64,000 nt of DNA from contig OY970342.1 in assembly GCA_963717505.1 (NCBI GenBank), positions 3,616,001 to 3,680,000 of the forward strand. The letters are read 5' to 3'. Shown one piece after another: positions 59,157-64,000 of the stretch. This stretch comes from Candidatus Eiseniibacteriota bacterium. Lineage in GTDB: Bacteria > Eisenbacteria > RBG-16-71-46. Under the pieces are notes generated by a model. The model was not told the origin of the DNA. It made no database searches and was given only the letters and a program-made list of their open reading frames with translations. A program made the position numbers and the translations under genes. Within the stretch, counting starts at the first letter, position 1; the number at the start of each line of letters is the position of its first letter.

Positions 59157-61251
59157 CTACTGCCGTAGCCCCTCGGGCGCGAGATCGCCGCCGGGCAACG
59201 CCGCCCGAATCCGCGCCACCCATTGCTCGGCCTCGGGATCGCCGCGCGTTGCCCGCGAGCTTGAAGTAACGCTCGAATGACGCCAGTGCTTCCAGGTAGC
59301 GCTGGCGCTGGGTCTGCACCATCGCCCAGCGGCGCCAGGCCACCGGGTCCTCCGGTGCCAGCAATCGCGCGGCGAGTGCCTCGATCGCACCGGCGGGATC
59401 GTCAGGATCGCGCACCAGGTAGAGGTCGGCGAGCAGGCCGTGGGCGGCCGGATCGAGCGCGTGCCGAAATACCGCATGGGTCATCACGGTCAGCGCGCCG
59501 CTCAAGTCACCGGCCGTGGACAGCTCGAGCGCGTGCGCACGTTCGGGCGCGGGGCCGACGTCGGCGACATAGCCGGCCCGTCCCAGTGCCGCGATCGCCG
59601 AGTCCCGATCGCCGGCCGCCAGGTGGCACCAGGCGATCCAGTAATTGGCGCGAATATCGCTCGGGTTCCGTTCCAGGTCGAGGCGCAGCGCGTCGCGCGC
59701 CCCGGGCGGCCACTCGCTCACCAGCATGCCGTACGCGATCTGTGCGTAGAGGTCGGGACCACCTTCTAATTCCACCAGGGAGTCGCCAGCCCCGATGAAG
59801 AAGAACAGCGGTCCACGTCGCGCCTTGTCGAGCGAGAAGTTGTTCAGGTAGTACGAGCGCAGGCTGGTGTCGCGGTAGGCCCAGCGCACGAACGGGCCGT
59901 CGGCGACCTGGAACGCGATGTTGCCGCGCAGCCCGGCGTAGAACAGGGTGCTGCGCGGGGGCAGCTCGGGCTTGAGCGCGCGCAGGTCCTCGAGGTAGAG
60001 CCCGCAGTAGCGGGTCGCGCGCTCGATGTAGAACTTGTTGATGTGCGAGGCCTCGGTCCACGGACTGCGCGGGGTCGCGAATTCGTCGACATGGCGTGCG
60101 CTGTTCGAGCCCCACGCCAAAAGCGCGAACGCCGCCATCGCCCACCCGCGCGGCAGTGCCGAGAGCGCAGCACCCAGCGCGATCGCCACGCCGCACATGG
60201 CGTACAAGTAGTAGTAGGCACTCCAGAGAATCGCGACCGCGATCACCGGCACCACCGCGAGCAGGGCCCAGGCGACGCCGGTAACCATGGCGTGGCGCCT
60301 CGCGGAAGCCTGGACGCGCACACCGCCCGCTTCGGGCTTCGCTGAAACGCCCGCCGGCTTTCTGCGCGACACGAGCCCTGCGTACCGCGCAGCGGCGCCC
60401 GCGCCGAACAGAGCGAGGAGCCCGAGCGCCAGCGACACCAGCGGTGGTCCCACCGTGGGCAGCCGGAACATTTCGCCCTTGCGAGCTTCGGCCCCGAGCA
60501 TCACCTGGATCAGGTGAACGTAGGTCGCGACCGGCCCCCAGGGATGCAGTTCGGCTTCGGTGCCCGCCGCCTGTCGCGTGTGCGGCGCGAACAGCCAGAC
60601 CGCCCCGTAGATCCCGACGCCGATCATCAGCGGCCACGCTCGCTTCGCCGCGGTGATGAGCGACTCCCCCGGCCGGCGGTCGGCGATCGCCGCGATCGCC
60701 GGGGTCAGCAGCACGACCTCTTTGGAAAGCGCCGCCAGCGCCATGGTCACGGTCGCCAATCCGCGACGCCCCGACAGGTGAAGCAGGATGGTGGCGAGCG
60801 CACCGCTCACCGACAGCAGTTCCTGACTGCCGCACGCCCAGCGGATCGGTACGTCGGCGGTGTAGTGCACGGCCATCAGCGCGGTCGCGAACGTTGCGGC
60901 GTAGTTCCCGGCTAGCCGACGCGCGACCAGGAACAGCAGCGACAGGAGTCCGACGTAGGCGATGAGCCCGGTGACGTGGAACGCCAGCTCGGATTCGTTG
61001 CTCACCCCGGCGACGCACCAGAAGTAGAGCTGCCGCGAGATCGGGCGGTAGAAGTTGCTCAGCGGATCGGGCGTGGCCAGCGCCTGGCCGAGGGTCTTGT
61101 CGCGGACCTGGTCGAGGAACAGGAAGTCGTCGGCGAAGAACGCGGTGTGGATCGCCGGCAAGTAGAGGGCAACGCACGCCGCCGCGACCAGAACGAACAG
61201 GAGCCAGGGGGACTGCAGCCACCCGGGCTCGCGTGGCGTCGCGCGACTCAG
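59157..61251 (-). CDS. GT-C-type (ArnT/PMT-like) membrane glycosyltransferase with C-terminal TPRs (one frameshift near 59260)
   Basis: FFADDFLFL, FYRPIS, FH..., ALSKE, many TM helices, TPR tail. Start approximate. Confidence 0.75.
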
Positions 61252-62792
61252 AACAGGCCCCGCCGCCGTGTGCGGCGGCGCGCCGCCGTTCCCAGCAGAG
61301 CGCCCATGACTCCGCGGAGGATCTGGGTGGTCGCGCGGCCCGCGATGGTCTTGGCCATCGGCGAGTTCAGCACGTCGCCGATCGACGGACCGTCGTCGAC
61401 ATCGGCGCTGCGCCCACGTCGCGCCGGCGCGTCGGGCGTCGACGGCGCCGTGGCGCCCGCGCGCTCGGCGAGCAGCTCGCGCGCGCTCTCGCGATCGACC
61501 GGCGTGGCGTAGTCGCGCACCTGTTCCGAAGCCGCGAGTCGGGCCGCCAACTCCCCCGGCGTGAGCGGCGACATGCGCGCCGCGGGCGGCACCAGCCGGG
61601 TGGCGAACGGCGGGGTCGGCACGCCTCGCGGCGACAACACCGTGATCAACGCCTCGCCGGTCCCGAGCGAGGTCAGGGTTTGCTGCACGTCGTAGAACTC
61701 GGTCTTCGGGTAGGTGCGCGCCGCCGAGCGCAGGGCCTTCTCGTCGTCGGGCGTGAAGGCGCGCAGCGCGTGCTGCACGCGGTGGCCGAGCTGACCCAGA
61801 ATATCGGCGGGAATGTCGCGCGGATTCTGGGTCACGAAAAAGATCCCGACGCCCTTCGAGCGCACCAGGCGCACGACCTTCTCGACCTCGGCCAGGAACG
61901 CCGGGCTCGCGCCGTCGAACAACAAATGCGCCTCGTCGAAGAAGAACACCAGCTTCGGGCGCTCGAGGTCGCCGACCTCGGGCAGCTCGGCGTAGAGCCG
62001 CGCCAGCATCCACATCATGAAGGTCGAGAACAGCGCCGGCTTGTCCTGGACGTCCTGCAGCTCGAGCACGCTGACCTGTCCGCGGCCGCCGTCGGTCTGC
62101 ATCAGGTCGTCGAGGTCGAACTCGGGCTCGCCGAAGAACCCTTCCGCTCCCTGGTGTTCCAGCTCGATCATCTCGCGCAGCAACACACCCACCGTGGCCT
62201 TCGACATGCCACCGTAGGCGGCGAGATCGCCGGCCCCGGGACCGGTGAGGTGCTGGAGCACCGCGCGTAGGTCGGCGAAATCGAGCAGCAGTAGCTTCCG
62301 ATCGTCGCAGTACTTGAAGACCATGGTCAGAACGCTGGTTTGGGTCTCGTTGAGTCCGAGAACCTTGGCGAGCAGCAGCGGCCCGAACGATGACACGGTC
62401 GCGCGCAACTGGGCGCCGAGTTTGCCCGACAGGCTGAGCAGCTCCATCGGGAACCCGGAAGCGTTCCACGCATAGCCGGTCTCTCGCGCCCGGGCGGCAA
62501 TGCGGTCGTTCGTTTCGCCCGGCTCGCTGATCCCCGAGACGTCGCCCTTGATGTCGGACAGGAACACGGGGACACCGGCGGCCGAGAGCTGCTCGGCCAC
62601 GAGCTGCAGCGTGCGCGTCTTGCCGGTGCCGGTGGCGCCGGCAATCAAACCGTGCCGGTTCATCATCGCGAGCGGGATCGACACCCGCGGTTCGGGATGG
62701 ACCTCGCCCCCGTGCATCGCGGCGCCGAGGGTGATCGCCGGGGGCCCGTCGGGATAGGTTGCCCGCAGCGATTCGACGAATTTGGGGTCCAT
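61248..62792 (-). CDS. HerA-like ATPase, DUF853/YjgR family
   Basis: NRHGLIAGATGTGKTRTLQ, DIKGDVSG, GPLLL, FFFDEAHLLF, RSKGVG, TQNP, VQHALRAFTP. Confidence 0.93.
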   Translation of the reverse strand: MDPKFVESLRATYPDGPPAITLGAAMHGGEVHPEPRVSIPLAMMNRHGLIAGATGTGKTRTLQLVAEQLSAAGVPVFLSDIKGDVSGISEPGETNDRIAARARETGYAWNASGFPMELLSLSGKLGAQLRATVSSFGPLLLAKVLGLNETQTSVLTMVFKYCDDRKLLLLDFADLRAVLQHLTGPGAGDLAAYGGMSKATVGVLLREMIELEHQGAEGFFGEPEFDLDDLMQTDGGRGQVSVLELQDVQDKPALFSTFMMWMLARLYAELPEVGDLERPKLVFFFDEAHLLFDGASPAFLAEVEKVVRLVRSKGVGIFFVTQNPRDIPADILGQLGHRVQHALRAFTPDDEKALRSAARTYPKTEFYDVQQTLTSLGTGEALITVLSPRGVPTPPFATRLVPPAARMSPLTPGELAARLAASEQVRDYATPVDRESARELLAERAGATAPSTPDAPARRGRSADVDDGPSIGDVLNSPMAKTIAGRATTQILRGVMGALLGTAARRRTRRRGLF

Positions 62793-62911
62793 GGACACTC
62801 CCGGGGTGGCGCTGCTCGCGGCGGAACTCGGAAACACTACTGGGCGTGCCGGCGTTGCGCCAGCCTCGCCCGCCTTTGCCCCGGCCCCGCCGGTGCCCCT
62901 AGAGTCGTGGA

Positions 62912-63313
62912 ATGGTGGTTCGCGCGTTCGCCCGCGGCATCCGCTCGCTCGCCGACCTGCATGCGTTCGTGCACGCGTTCTGCGACGAGCGGGGCATCGA
63001 CCGGGAGCGTGCGTTCGACCTGGACCTGGTGCTCGAGGAGCTGTTCACGAATCAGGTGAAGTACCATCCCGGGGGCCGCGAGATCGAGGTGGCGCTCGAG
63101 GGCGATGTTCGCGAGGTCACGATGACGGTGACCGACCGGGACGTCGAGCGCTTCGACCCGACCGCGGTGCCGGACCCCGCGCCGTTACACGATCAGGACC
63201 TGCTCGAAGGCGGTCGCGGACTGAGGCTGGTGCGCGCCCTGACCGACGAGCTGCGCTACGACTATCGGGAGCGGACCAGTCGGATCACGGCGGTCAAACG
63301 ATGGAGCCATTGA
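62912..63313 (+). CDS. RsbW-like anti-sigma factor (HATPase_c_2)
   Basis: LVLEELFTNQVKY, D..FDP, GGRGLRLVRALTDE. Confidence 0.88.
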   Translation: MVVRAFARGIRSLADLHAFVHAFCDERGIDRERAFDLDLVLEELFTNQVKYHPGGREIEVALEGDVREVTMTVTDRDVERFDPTAVPDPAPLHDQDLLEGGRGLRLVRALTDELRYDYRERTSRITAVKRWSH

Positions 63314-63597
63314 TGTTCGAGATCGAACTGGGAGCCGACGGCACCGTGCGCCTGGCCGGGCGGCTCGACGCCGCCGAAGCCGACGGTGCGCGCAACGTGT
63401 TTCGCACGCTGTCGGGCCCGGTGACCGTGGATTGCGAACGGCTCGAGTACATTTCGAGCGCCGGCCTGTCCGTGCTGGTCGAAGCCTTCAAGCGCTTGTC
63501 GGCGTCGGGCCACGGGCTGCGCCTGACCCGCCTGCAACCCCGGGTGCGCAACGTGTTCGCCTATTCGGGGCTCGACCGGATCCTCCGGATCGAGTAA
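63313..63597 (+). CDS. STAS-domain anti-sigma factor antagonist
   Basis: LAGRLDA, VDCERLEYISSAGLSVL, VRNVFAYSGL. TGATG coupling to the upstream gene. Confidence 0.9.
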   Translation: MFEIELGADGTVRLAGRLDAAEADGARNVFRTLSGPVTVDCERLEYISSAGLSVLVEAFKRLSASGHGLRLTRLQPRVRNVFAYSGLDRILRIE

Positions 63598-63684
63598 CCG
63601 CTTGCCCAGAGCCCCCATGGCCCGCCTGCCCGCCACCCGGTCCCAGCGCCCGACCCCCAACCTTTCGGGATCCCTCCTGTAGTT

Positions 63685-64000
63685 ATGGATGTTGGCGACG
63701 ACAACGGTCGGGTGCGGCGGTGCCTGGACGGCGATCCGGGAGCATTCGAGGAACTCGTGGTCGCCTACCAGGGCGTGCTATTCCATCTGGCACTGCGCAT
63801 GACCGGGAATCAGGAGGATGCGCGCGACCTGACGCAGAACGTGTTCCTCAAGGCGTACCGTGCCTTGTCGTCCTTCGACTACCAGCATCGGTTCTACAGC
63901 TGGATCTACAGGATCATGATGAATGAAGCCCTCAACTTTCTGGACCGGCGCAAGCCGCAGAGCGAGCTGGACGAGCAACTGCCGGATCGCAGCATGGGAC
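63685..64000 (+). CDS. ECF RNA polymerase sigma factor (partial, runs off the window)
   Basis: Manual translation MDVGDDNGRVRRCLDGDPGAFEELVVAYQ..DARDLTQNVFLKAYRAL..FYSWIYRIMMNEALN. Confidence 0.9.
   Translation, partial: MDVGDDNGRVRRCLDGDPGAFEELVVAYQGVLFHLALRMTGNQEDARDLTQNVFLKAYRALSSFDYQHRFYSWIYRIMMNEALNFLDRRKPQSELDEQLPDRSMG

Noticed and set aside
58741-62469. 1242-aa ORF as one giant protein
   Set aside because: Its first ~400 aa are an alternative frame over the DUF853 ATPase. Only the part from about 61250 looks like a real membrane protein, and its end is frameshifted.

Overview
High-GC bacterial chromosomal window. PorV-family barrels, FlgD-Ig domains and several Hanks-type kinases suggest an FCB-related lineage such as Ca. 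Eisenbacteria; this is inference only. The left part carries a purine operon (purN, purC, purH, guaA) behind comEC and a PEGA protein. It continues with an MltD/LysM transglycosylase, tandem glgC paralogues, a PorV-like barrel and trpS-scpA-scpB-rluB, where RluB has a very long 96-bp-periodic RGPS tail. Next come a BCP-type peroxiredoxin with an in-frame UGA at the peroxidatic position followed by a SECIS-like hairpin (probable selenoprotein), a GAF-SpoIIE phosphatase and a PilB/GspE ATPase. Many conserved genes between about 11.8 and 27 kb are broken by single-base indels that look like assembly errors. The right part has a PorV-TPR-ExbB-ExbD-ExbD-TonB-FlgD-Ig operon, three Ser/Thr kinases, a dihaem cytochrome c and a lipoprotein/barrel pair. 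Two metal-type TonB-dependent receptors follow a CxxC/RAPP leader ORF whose stop region can base-pair with the receptor's SD and start codon. A 2.2-kb integrase-less islet sits in tRNA-Ala(GGC), and an anti-sigma/STAS/ECF-sigma cluster lies at the right edge. The best leads are the RAPP leader switch, the Sec-peroxiredoxin, the TonB-coupled PorV operon and the tRNA micro-island.
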